A stretch of DNA of 64,000 nucleotides from Tubulanus polymorphus (Eukaryota; Animalia; Nemertea), in NCBI RefSeq assembly GCF_964204645.1, contig NC_134033.1, positions 3,058,131 to 3,122,130 of the forward strand, in the 5' to 3' direction. The position numbers were made by a program, and so were the translations under genes. The first letter of the stretch is position 1, and each line of letters begins with the position of its first letter. Positions 50,671 through 62,199 of this stretch are shown here, in pieces. The notes beneath the pieces were generated by a model, which saw only the letters and a list, made by a program, of their open reading frames with translations, ran no database searches and was not told the origin of the DNA.

Positions 50671-51229
50671 CTACCGCTGTCATCCCCGTCTTACTTGGTT
50701 GCTGTTGTTTCTTCAAAACAATCTGTACCAAACAAGACCTTACTCACCACAATCAGATATCCACGCACTTCACTTAGCTTCAACTCAGTTATTATATTGA
50801 CTGTAGAGTGTGAATTACCAAAACAGATATTGACGAAGTGTTTTACAGAGACGCAGAATATTTCGAGGTATAGATAGAAAATGTCATAGAATATTATCAC
50901 AAACTGAACGCAGTTCGGGAGCGACAGTAAATGATTTAAAAGAAATAATTGCACATGATTATAAACACGATATATTGAAGCACGTCTAAATTTAGAAACC
51001 GCGGTAATTACAGCGAAACCGAGAACAGATGAAAGTTTCACAAATACGAGACTGGCGCCAAATACGAGACTGGCGGATTTTTTTACAAAATAATTGGACT
51101 CGATCAATTCGTCAACTTCTGACATTCTGACAACTCGTCATTACTTTGCAGCGACTCTTATGAGAAATGTCGCGCAAACTTGGAAATAGTTAGAAATGTG
51201 TTAGTTTTGAAGCGTGAATTGTGTTCAAT

Positions 51230-52456
51230 ATGCAGCGAATGAAAGCGTTGTTCGTAGTTTTACTGATCGCTTGCGGAGACTGTATATTTACGCGGGCTGA
51301 TCGCGCAAACTCTGTCGAGGAAGCCGCGTCAGTTACAGTCAGTTCATCTTGTAACAACACTCAATACTCCGTCGATTCTACGTCTGGTTACATCGTTTCA
51401 CCGAACTATCCGTCGTTAGTGCGCGGTGTTGAATGTCGTTGGTTCGTCAACAGCTCTTTACCGGGAAGTTTTCTCGTTCAAGTTTACTACGACATCGAGC
51501 CGTCGATATTCTGTAACGAAAACTACCTTCTCGTCGGCGAGTCCGACAACAAACTCTGCGCTACCGGAAGAAAACGACTTGATATCCGCAGTAACGGTTT
51601 GATTTCGTTGTTATTTAGGAGTAACGTCGATGGAGCGCGAGGTAGTCGGGTTTACATCATATATCGTTTTGAAGAACAGAGTCGCTTGAAAAACATACAT
51701 ACATGTCACAAACATACAGTAAAAGAATTACCAACTCAAACAGGTTATAAATTCATGATTTCTACCCGGCGATGTAAATTGTTGTTAGAATGGATCGGGA
51801 TGCCAGACGGGTTTGCAATGAATTTAACGTTTTTACAGATAGATTTCAGATTAAGACCAGGTGAGGATCCGATGAAACCTCGTCCTCAAATTTACGACGG
51901 ATGGAACAGCACCAGTGAACCTATAGCTCTTACACGAGAACAAACCGGACATCCGCCTTCATCGTTTTATACTAAAACTAATAAAGCACGTATTGAATTC
52001 ATTTCAAGTAGACAGTCGTTTAAGTCACAGTTACTCGTGCAAGTTTACAAAATATCAGATTGGAACATCTCTAACCCGTTAATTCAATTCTATAATAAAT
52101 CAGGATTGCTCACTACAATTGATGGAATACCACATATAGTAACTCAGTCTAAACACTTATACTGCTGGTCTATCACAGTCGATGTTCTGCAGTACGTCGT
52201 CTTCAACTGGACACGTGATCTCGTCTCGTCACCAGGTGTCGTTGGTGTATATAAACAGGAAGGGTTACGTATTGTGAGAACTGATATTTTACTCAGTTTT
52301 AACCATCTTGAATCCCTGAGGGTAAAATCAGACGGATTTCTCGTCATTCTGTGCGTTTTAACGACATCGGATTTTTTAAGATCGAATTTGAAAATAGAAT
52401 TTGAAGTGAAATCGATGACAATATCAGACGTCTACGTCAACAAGCCACAGATATCG
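51230..52456 (+). CDS. Copy E exon 1: signal peptide and CUB-like domains
   Basis: MQRMKALFVVLLIACGDC leader; CUB motif; donor GTAAGT. Confidence 0.88.
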
Positions 52457-55400
52457 GTAAGTTTATTACAGTGATTTGTAAATTAGGTTCGTGTAATAGA
52501 ATCATTGTAATAATCTATGATTTTGACCAGCGAAACTTTACCGAGAAAATTGGAATAACAATGTTATGTGTGACCCAAATTACAATATATTCGGACGCAC
52601 TTGTTGTTTACGCAGAGTAATTATGATGATTAGTGGAAGAATTTAGATTTAGTTTGGATTACAAGGAGAACTATTATCGATATTTTCAGGTTGTGATTGG
52701 TTTGAAATTGTCGTATTGTAAACGTTCAATGTTGTAATCAATTCTCTTATATTCCAGCATTCACTCACAAACTCAATATCAGATAATCGATTGTTCCCGA
52801 GAACAAAGAATACATTGTATCGTGTAACGACATTACAACTAAACTGGAAAGTGAACATCTATGAAGAACAGTTGAAACTAACAGTGCTATCAGAAAACTG
52901 TGATCGAGCTGGTTTTTATATATTTGATGGTAGTAATTTCACAGCTAGACGCTATGGTCCGTATTGTCCTGATTCATTCTCCGGTCGATCTGTCGTCAGC
53001 CTGATTACATCAGGTGGACCGGTTACTGTAGTAGCATACGCTTATTACTATAACAATCAGTTAACAGTTGGTAGCTCATCTCTTAAATTTGCTCCTACTG
53101 ATTGTGACGGTTATGTTCTACAGGAAGAAGAACGTCACATCAATATGACGTCACATTGTCTCGTGATTACACCTGAAAATCGACGCCTTCGCTTGAAAAA
53201 TATCCATATATTATCAGAACACGAATATCAAATTGATATATGTTTTCTCAAGATGTCATTATTATGTGAACAGTTTCTGAGTTTAAGTAATCGGTTTCTT
53301 AATAACAGTCTCGTATTAAACACTGTAGATTTCACAGGTAATGAGTTTGTATTCTGGCAAGAACCACTAATAGTTAAACTACGTCGTGAATGTCTAGGAG
53401 TGAAAAAAGCGGTTAGTTTTGGATATCTTGGATCCCGTCTTCCAGTTACTACTAAAGATACATGTGGACTCGTGCAGTCACCGAACTACCCGGGTTTGGC
53501 AGTACGTACATCAGAATCTATTTCATATAAATTTGAAAACCCGATACAACAAAATATATTTCAATATTACAGATTTATTGTCAAATTCATTGGATCAATT
53601 TCATGTGAAACAAACAGCGTAGGTGAGAATGATCCAATCATTTTGAAACAATCAATAATTTACGAACGCTTTCACACTCGACATGAAACTAAAATATGTG
53701 AAAATAATGCGGTTCGTGGACTTATATTTTATAGTTTAATAGATAATACTTTGCGTTTTGAAGTAAACAATTTCATTCCGATATTTCAAATACAATACAC
53801 GTTACACGAGTCGTTACCGATTAAACATTTCGATGATTTCTACTGTAAACAAGGATTTCTGGATTCCGGAATTTCTTGCATCAAATTCATCAGAGATGAA
53901 CGTCTGAATTGGGAGAACGCTGAAATATACTGTAGACAGAAGTACGCGGGACATCTACTCAGTATCAACTCAGAACAGGAAATGATTTCCATCAAAAGAT
54001 TATTCGCTACAGAACTTCTCCGATTGGTGTACACATTAAAAGCGCTCATAATGATGATTGGATTGAAATGGCAGGTAAGACTAATGTATACAATTATGAA
54101 TTAGAATATAAAGGTTTTTTAAAAATTACGATATGTTTAATTTTCTTCACGAAACAGGATGATGGTTATTACACGTGGACTGACGGTAAACCATTGAGCT
54201 ACACAGAGTGGTACAAACCTGTTATTAATGAAACGATACCAGAAGTTATTCGAGGATTGATATCTCCGCTAAGAAAACAACCGATAAATGACGTCAATAT
54301 GCCGTGTACGGCGATGATACTGAATAATCCACGAGGATCGGCGAACTGGGTTCGATTCCCGTGTCAAATCGAGGAGACGCACACGACATTCATTTGTGAA
54401 TCCGAGAGAATCGACACCAAAAATGAACACAATTCAACGATAAACGATGCGAACAATTCAACAAATACAGACTTAAATAAAACCATAGATCAAACGATTC
54501 CCGATATTACTTTAATTAATTCAACCTGTCCAAGAGGTTGGGTAACTAATTCTGGACAATGTTTTCAAATACTAACCGACTGGAAAAACAATCGAGGTTT
54601 GAATATTCGGAGTGCTAGAGAAATGTGTCACAGTTTCCGCGCCGAAATAGTAAAAATCACCTCAAATACAGAAAGTGACGTGAAAAACTTGGTCAGCGAA
54701 TTTCAATATCGACATCAATATGGCGCTATACTGACAATGGACCACGACGGGTTTAAAGTTATCAAACCACTGGTGACCAGAGATGAAATTACTTATATTC
54801 AATCAGTGAAATGGTCAGTGACTGCCTTCAATGATACAAAAGATAAAGTGCATTCCGTGTTGTGTACCTATAATGTAACTGCTGAAGAGTTAGCTTCTAT
54901 AAGCGGTTGTAAATCGTGGCAGTTTGAATGTAACGATCAAAGATGTATCAGCGACCATCGCTTATGTGATACCAGACACGACTGTCAACACGGTGAAGAT
55001 GAAGTCGATTGTAGGGATATCAATTTACACAGTCAGTTCCGCTGTAACGATCGACAGGTTATATCGATTAGCGGTTTCTGTGACTTTATGAGAGATTGCG
55101 TCGATGGCTCGGATGAGAACTCGTGCTATCATCCACCGTGTTTATCTACGCAATATCGCTGTTCCAATCACCAATGTATCGATAGTTATAAACGATGTGA
55201 CGGACTAGCCAACTGTAAAGACGGTTCCGATGAGATCGGATGTACTTCCGAACTTTGTCAGGGGTTCTCGTGCGCGGACGGTGAATGTATTAGTTCTCAG
55301 TTGTATCGGGATGGTGTCGTGGATTGTAGCGGAAGTCTCGAAGAAGACGAATTGGTCACTAATATGACAGTGAATCCCGAGGTTTACTGTAATAATGACA

Positions 55401-57427
55401 CTCACTGTACGACTCGTTTCACAGATCTGTGTAAGGAATCGGATGAACAAAGATGTTCGTTCAATTCTCCTCGCTGTTATTCCCGACACGAAAGGTGTAT
55501 TTTAGAAAGGATGCCGATTGGTTTCCCGGTATGTAGAAATCTTGAACATATAATCGCGTGTAATGACTTCGAATGCGCGGCTGGTACTGTAAAATGTCCG
55601 GCATCTTACTGTATACCGATCAGACACGTTTGTGACGGTCGATCCGATTGTCCTAATTCAGAAGATGAACGAAACTGCGAGACTTGGTCGTGTCCGGGAA
55701 TGTTTAAATGTGGCCAGGAAAACCGATGTATTCCGCAATCTGAAGTTTGCGACGGAGTCGTAAATTGTAAACATAACTCGGATGACGAGTCATTCTGTAA
55801 GGTCACGTGTCCTGAGCGTTGTAATTGCCGGGGCCATTTCATCGATTGTGAAAATGCTCTTTTATCAGATATTACTGGTCGTTTTATAGAATCAACTCGG
55901 GTTTTGATTTTGTCGAATAACCGAGTCGTATTTAACGAGTCGACGTTCAACTCTTTCATTTATCTTCGTTTTCTCGATATTTCGGGCAATAATTTGTCTT
56001 ACATCGTTCCAAACGCGTTTTCTAATCTAAACAATCTATACACATTAGACCTTACACACAACCGCATAACATCATTATCTGCTAATACATTCGCAGGTTT
56101 GATCGGTTTAAAACAACTATTTCTTATCGGAAATCCGCTGCAACATTTAGAAGACGGTAGTTTCCGAGGTCTGACGTCACTTACTGTTCTCGATCTTCAC
56201 GCACTTTCTATATCGGTTCTCGGTGAAAATGTATTTAAAGGTTTATCCGCATTACAGTCGTTAAATATCAGCGGTAACAAAATACATTATATTTCGACAT
56301 TTGCTTTTTCTGGATTGGTTGGACTTGAAATTTTAGACCTTGTCAACAATTTTGAAGTAATATCCGTACAAAGAAACGTCCTTGGCGATCTTACATCATT
56401 GAAATACCTCGCTTCGGATGCTTACAAATTTTGCTGCATGGCACCGAATGTTGACCGATGTCTTCCCGAAGCTGATCAATTTTCCACCTGCTCTGACCTG
56501 ATGGGTAACGCTGTACTGAGGGCCATCATCTGGATGATCGCATCTTTCAGTTTTCTCGCTAACAGTATCGTTATCTTATTTCGCGTTCAAGCTTTACGGA
56601 TGGAATCCTCCGGAACACGTAACACATCTTCAGATATCCTCATCATAAATATTGCCGGTTGTGATTTTCTGATGTCGGTCTATTTGTTTCTGATCGCGGG
56701 AGCTGACCACGTGTTCAAAGGCGTTTATTATCTGAATTCTGAAACCTGGACGGATAGCTCATTATGTCGTCTCGCCGGGATTATTGTCACCGTTTCGTGC
56801 GAAGGTTCCTTGACCTTTCTCTTGATTCTAACGCGTCAGAGATATTCAAATATCGTCAACCCGTTTTCTAGAAGTCCGATTATAACTCCTAAATACGTTA
56901 TCGGGATTTGCTGCATTTGTTGGCTCGTTATGAGCACAGTTTCTATTCTACCGCTGTCATCGTCGTCTTACTTCGGAGACAATTTTTACGGTACAACCGG
57001 AGTCTGTTTGCCTATGAATTTACTGACGATCGACGTCAATGGCTGGCACTATTCATTCGCTATTTTTGCCTTGTTTAATGCGGCCATATTGGCTACGATA
57101 ATGACGACGTACGCTCAGATGTATAGACTCGTATCCGGAAGTAGGTCGGGCTCGGGTAGAGCCGATCCTACCGAACTGGTTTTAGCGCGAAGGAGTTTAG
57201 TAATCAATCTTTGTAATCTATTTTGCTGGCTACCGATAATAATCGTTCAGTTTTGCGCCGTATTTTCGGTCGAGATACCGAACCAGGTGGCCGCTTGGCT
57301 GGCCGTTCTATTTTTACCGATCAACTCGTCTCTGAATCCGCTTCTTTATACAATACTTACAATCGATATGAAATCTATTCATGAACGCAATAAACGACGA
57401 CTAGGATTGACGGCATCCAGTAAATAA
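51230..57427 (+). CDS. Intact GRL101-like GPCR, copy E (1937 aa): signal peptide, multiple CUB-like domains, 2 C-type lectin domains, ~7 LDLa, LRRNT/LRRs, 7TM; exons 51230-52456, 52758-54074, 54158-57427
   Basis: Phase-0 GT-AG introns (GTAAGT 52457/TTCCAG 52757; GTAAGA 54075/AAACAG 54157) give 409+439+1089 codons without stops. Motifs: GYIVSPNYP and GLVQSPNYP (CUB); WENAEIYC...HLLSINS...IGL...YTWTDG (CTLD); CxDGSDE (LDLa). AATAAA at 57564. Confidence 0.93.
52758..54074 (+). CDS. Copy E exon 2: CUB-like domains and first part of the C-type lectin domain
   Basis: Open 439 codons between canonical splice sites. Confidence 0.88.
54158..57427 (+). CDS. Copy E exon 3: CTLD end, CTLD-like, LDLa, LRR, 7TM
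   Basis: Open 1089 codons after the ACGAAACAG acceptor. Confidence 0.92.
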   Translation, partial: DDGYYTWTDGKPLSYTEWYKPVINETIPEVIRGLISPLRKQPINDVNMPCTAMILNNPRGSANWVRFPCQIEETHTTFICESERIDTKNEHNSTINDANNSTNTDLNKTIDQTIPDITLINSTCPRGWVTNSGQCFQILTDWKNNRGLNIRSAREMCHSFRAEIVKITSNTESDVKNLVSEFQYRHQYGAILTMDHDGFKVIKPLVTRDEITYIQSVKWSVTAFNDTKDKVHSVLCTYNVTAEELASISGCKSWQFECNDQRCISDHRLCDTRHDCQHGEDEVDCRDINLHSQFRCNDRQVISISGFCDFMRDCVDGSDENSCYHPPCLSTQYRCSNHQCIDSYKRCDGLANCKDGSDEIGCTSELCQGFSCADGECISSQLYRDGVVDCSGSLEEDELVTNMTVNPEVYCNNDTHCTTRFTDLCKESDEQRCSFNSPRCYSRHERCILERMPIGFPVCRNLEHIIACNDFECAAGTVKCPASYCIPIRHVCDGRSDCPNSEDERNCETWSCPGMFKCGQENRCIPQSEVCDGVVNCKHNSDDESFCKVTCPERCNCRGHFIDCENALLSDITGRFIESTRVLILSNNRVVFNESTFNSFIYLRFLDISGNNLSYIVPNAFSNLNNLYTLDLTHNRITSLSANTFAGLIGLKQLFLIGNPLQHLEDGSFRGLTSLTVLDLHALSISVLGENVFKGLSALQSLNISGNKIHYISTFAFSGLVGLEILDLVNNFEVISVQRNVLGDLTSLKYLASDAYKFCCMAPNVDRCLPEADQFSTCSDLMGNAVLRAIIWMIASFSFLANSIVILFRVQALRMESSGTRNTSSDILIINIAGCDFLMSVYLFLIAGADHVFKGVYYLNSETWTDSSLCRLAGIIVTVSCEGSLTFLLILTRQRYSNIVNPFSRSPIITPKYVIGICCICWLVMSTVSILPLSSSSYFGDNFYGTTGVCLPMNLLTIDVNGWHYSFAIFALFNAAILATIMTTYAQMYRLVSGSRSGSGRADPTELVLARRSLVINLCNLFCWLPIIIVQFCAVFSVEIPNQVAAWLAVLFLPINSSLNPLLYTILTIDMKSIHERNKRRLGLTASSK

Positions 57428-58754
57428 ACTACAGTTTGACATGAGTCCCTTTATAATGTTTGCCTATCTATAAATCGGTTTTGAACTTTGAAATCCTAAA
57501 ACTTGGGTTCGACATCGTTTGGACTCACGTGACCGCATTAGATGAACGAATACAATGATTCACAATAAATAATTTTCCAGTTTCTAGGCGCCATTTTGTG
57601 GCGGTCCCTCGAGATCCCCATTGTTGCGATAATTTGCGCTCATTTTTGAAACATAAATTTTGATTGACTATCCTACAGCTCTGCAGTGTATTGAAATTAA
57701 ATCATGGTGATTAGACATTTTGACTCCACAAAATGTCTACTCGCTATGATTCATGTGACGTGTGGAGCTCCTTAGTTTATTCCGGAAGAGTTTGAATCTT
57801 CCGGTCGATTTGGGTTGGTTTAATCGGCACGGTAGCAATCAGAGCAATTGCGAAAGGGCGACATAAAAAAAATATACAAATACTTAAAATTCTACCGGAC
57901 GATTCAAAGCGTGTTAGACCAGCGAGTGATCTCAAGGACGTTCAATTTCATGTAGAAATGCTGAATACGTCAGTATCCGCTACAGTAACTTTAGATTGTG
58001 GTCAAAGTGCTCAACTTGTGCAACACCTAACTATTTGTAAGCTGGATTTGACCAATGTTTAGTAGGATTGATCCTCGAACTGATTCACTTCGAATCGAAC
58101 GGTTTACAATTCAATTCAATTTCGTGATTTCAAAGACCGAGGACAATAATAACAGGACACGATATAAACAGATTACGTCATGGTTCAATGGACACGACGA
58201 CCACCATTGGCTAGATATAATACCAGGCTGACCCTGTACATCTTAACTTCAATATCTTAGCGAATATATTTCACTAATGTACGAAGTAGATCGCGTTGAA
58301 ATGATATATTTATGCAACGCCTCAAATCCTTTTGAAAATAGCATGAATTAGATGAAACACTAGTTTGCAATACTTTCATTAAATCGAATTTTCATTGTCT
58401 ATAACCCGAATTATCATCCATGTTAATTGGAAGAAAAATCTTTAAGAGCGTTTTCAGTAGATTTTATGAAGTTTATGTAAATTAGGAACTTCGACGTTTA
58501 ATAACATCTAGCGAAATTTATCATAATTTCAATTGTAATGAATGAATATCTAAATCACTTACCAGCTCAAAAACTCGGAAAAGTATCTCCCATTACGAAC
58601 CCGCTTGCTTCCATTCGTCTTTATCAATATAGTACATTTGCATTGATTTAGACCGTACGGTGCTGCCACCGAGGAATAGTGTCGTTTATGTGAACCAAAT
58701 GGCGGCTTTTTTAATCGCAGGGTTTACAGTTAACAGTAATGGGTCTAGAGGGAC

Positions 58755-59564
58755 TATTATGGAGACTTTGATGAAATAATTAATGAAAATATTAGCTTCT
58801 AAGTAGATCTATGAAATTATATCAACAAGCCTTTAGGAAACACATTAGTAGGTTTCAGTTGTCAGCATTTAAACAAAATCAACAAGTAATATACAGAAGC
58901 GGGAGTTCATGGCCAGCAGTGCAGTTACCAGACAACCTGCCTGGATATGTACGTCGTACATAAACATAAATAGAAATTATATAAATAAACAAGTCTGGAA
59001 GTGACGTATGTGTCAACGTAGGAAGAGCTAATATGGTCCGGTTATGCGCTCCGTTGAGTGCGGAAATATATTTATAGAAAATTATGACGTGTGCAGATAC
59101 GTCAGCGCCCATACATGGATGGAAGAAATGTTGTGACGTATAAATACGCCACAAGCAATGAATTCCAAGCCATGTGTGGAAGAGGACCTGCACACGTTAA
59201 AGTTATATAAATAGGGAGGAATGTTGTGACGTATAAATACATCACAAGCAATGAATTCCAAGCCATGTATAGAAGAGCTCCTGCACCGGTTATACAAGAG
59301 AAAGTTAGATAAATAAGGGGGTTTTTAGTAAGCACGGGAGTTGAGCTCCGGGGAAGAATCTGTAAACAACGAGTTAAGAGATAATAAACGAATATATAAT
59401 TTAAGAAGTAGTTAAGTTATATACGGGAGCCAAAGTCAAGAACTGGGAAGAAAGACCTGGCCTAAAGACAGATCCTGCACGACATCGCTGGTAGAGAAAC
59501 GCAACCATAACAGTGGTAGAGATCACAACAGAAGCGGACAACTTCAAAATTCAACACCACAACA
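58755..59564 (+). mobile_element. Solo-LTR-like element (TATT...CACAACA) at the junction between the copy E 3' flank and the segmental duplication
   Basis: Both flanks are defined by homology (left: up to 3227; right: from 34984). Internal ~90-bp duplication, TATAAATA boxes, AATAAA ~59383. Flanks GGAC/AGAC are not identical. Confidence 0.65.
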
Positions 59565-59615
59565 AGACTACCCTGGTTTTATAGATCGATGATGTTTATT
59601 TCGTTTTTGTTGAAG

Positions 59616-60548
59616 GTGGTTTCGATATCGCGATGCAGCTTCCGTCGGGCTGGATCCCGAATTCGTGGAAAATGGTGCCGTGTCCTGTTCGCGGTAACAT
59701 ACAGTACCGATTCACCGAGAAAAACAAATTCTGGACGCAATTAACATTTCACAATTACAGGTATGGAAATAGTTCTTCCGAGGGATGCACGTAGAAGCAT
59801 TTTTGTTTTTAGTTTCTTTGATGATGGAGTTTTAGGAGTAACCCCGAAGCAGTAAGAAAATAGACTTTTCTTCATATAACTGTGCGTTTTATTTTTTACG
59901 TAGAAGCATATTCAAAGAAAGAAGATTTTTACAACAAAAGTTTTGGGGCGTTCCGGGATCAGTTGCGCATCGTACCTTCAGTACAAGTGTTCCTAAATCT
60001 TGAGACTAGCCTTAAGTTATTGTATTGGTTATAGAACTAAGATGACCCTTATGATAGCGAATTTTAATGGTAATCGGGATATTGTGGTAGTGGATGTGTA
60101 AACTACGTCATTGATATTGGGGCTGGACTGGTTGGCGTTCAATATTGTCGAGGATATATTCAAATTAGAACTTTCTTGATCCTTGATATTATATCATTCA
60201 TAGTATATCATTCGTTGTCGAAGATATCGAGCAATATGTGGGTTATTCTTCAAGACGTCAATAAACTTTCATGTCAGTTTTATCTTTAGAAATGCCATTT
60301 ACGAAGTGAATTACCGATGGCCGGGAGAAGAGACGTGGCGAACGACCGAACGCGCTAAATACGGCGCGTTCTTCATCATGAAGGACGTACCCGCAGACGG
60401 CGTCATCGAGGTCAAGGTCAAGTCCATCTTCAACTACGACGTCATCGGCCGTACTACCGGCTGGAGTGAGTGTTGGCGGATCTTACAGGGATCCGTCAGA
60501 AATCTACCGCCCTATTTAACACAATTTCGATGGAAATACCATTCTTAA
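59616..60548 (+). CDS. Expansin-like gene fragment, second copy: exons 59616-59760 and 60290-60548
   Basis: Same splice sites and open frame as 35035-35974. Confidence 0.78.
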
Positions 60549-60592
60549 TTACTACGCTGGCAAATACGACCGACCTACGCCCAGCTATCTAA

Positions 60593-60930
60593 AGCCGGGC
60601 GTAGGTCGGCCTTGCGACGGCTTGCGACTCACTGCGACGACGCGACTTACTGCGACCGCCAGCGACGATCGCGTCGCAACGACCAACCGACCTAAGCTAC
60701 CTTGCGACTGCCAGCGACGGTTTGCGACTGCCATCAACGCCAGTCGCAATGAGTCGCACATGTTCTACTTTCTGCGACGCGACGCGACCATCGCAACCGA
60801 TCAACGTGCTCTTGCGACTGGAGAGCAACTAGTCGCACACAGTCGCTGACAATCGCGTCGCAACCGACTTGTGCAGCCACTTGTGACGCAACGCGACGAT
60901 CTCGTCGCATCGCAAGGTCGACCTACACCC
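60593..60930. mobile_element. GC-rich MITE, second copy
   Basis: Same TIRs as 36019-36353. Confidence 0.7.
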
Positions 60931-61659
60931 ATCGTTCAAAGATGCGCCTTGCTCTGTTCAGTTCACGTACCGGTATGTTAATTTTCAATTGATTTTTTTT
61001 TTGTAGATTTGGATTACCAAGATTTCGGTGTTCAGCAGCCAGCAGTTTGCATTCAAACGACTCCCGATACTGACTGATATCAATAAATACAAATTTACGA
61101 AAGACAAGACGTGTATTTCTCATTAGTTCGTCATCGGAGAGGAGAGAGAACTTTCCGGGGCCAGTTACTGAGGGGGATGTCCACCAAAAACCAGACATTG
61201 TGCTCGGATGCTGGATTGATGCTAATTTGAACCCCTATGAAAATTCCTCGGGACGCCTGACCATCCATTGGTTAACTGTAATCAACTTTTGAGCAAAAGG
61301 CACCCCGGTGTTTTTGGCCTATTACACCAACCAGAACAGAACTTTCATCGAGAACCGCCACAGGGCATGTACCGCTGGGAACGCGAGCATACTGAGTTCG
61401 AACATTGACAATCCATGTATCGAAATACTGATCTTAACTCTGGGAGTTGAACTTAACTAAGAACGTTCGTAAATACTGTGGTTATCTTTTGTTTTTGTTT
61501 ACGTATATGGCGACTCTCTAGCGCGACATTACGTGCGCGACATCTCTTTATTTCTAACAGATTCCTGATGTTGGCTGTCAGTAAAAACCGAAATGTTGTG
61601 GGTTCATTTTCGCGATAATACGGTAGTTTTTCGTTTTATCCCGCGATAACAATTCGTGG

Positions 61660-61868
61660 GCTGGCGGGATGAGCTAGGTCTGAGAATGAGCTAGGTCTGG
61701 GAATGAGCTAGGTCTGGGAATGAGCTAGGCCTGGCGGGAAAGAGCTAGGTCTGGCGGGAATGAGCTAGGTCTGGGAATGAGCTAGGTCTGATAATGAGCT
61801 AGGTGTGGTGGGAATGAGCTAGGTCTAGGAATAAGCTAGGTCTGAGAATGAGCTAGGCCTGGGAATGA
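61660..61868. repeat. AATGAGCTAGGTCT minisatellite, short version
   Basis: About 10 units. Confidence 0.92.
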
Positions 61869-62199
61869 TTTTTGATCGAGGCATTAGTTTACAGTCTATC
61901 GCTAATAGTTCTAAGAATTCTCTTCGAATTCAGCGACAATTCGAGTCATAAACAATGGAAATTGATTATTTGAATGTAGTGCGAACTGTTCTAAGATATT
62001 TCTTGTGCATTCTAATGAGGACTGGTCCACTTCTTATATTTGACCGATGTATCCTCCAGCTAATGAATTATTGATACCCACTGGTCCACTTCTTATTCAT
62101 TGTATTTGAAATGAACATGTTTCAGTTTGTAAGAATAGTACAGAGGTTGTGGTACGTATTATCATAGAACCACGCGTTTGTAGTTCAGTGGTATTTTGT

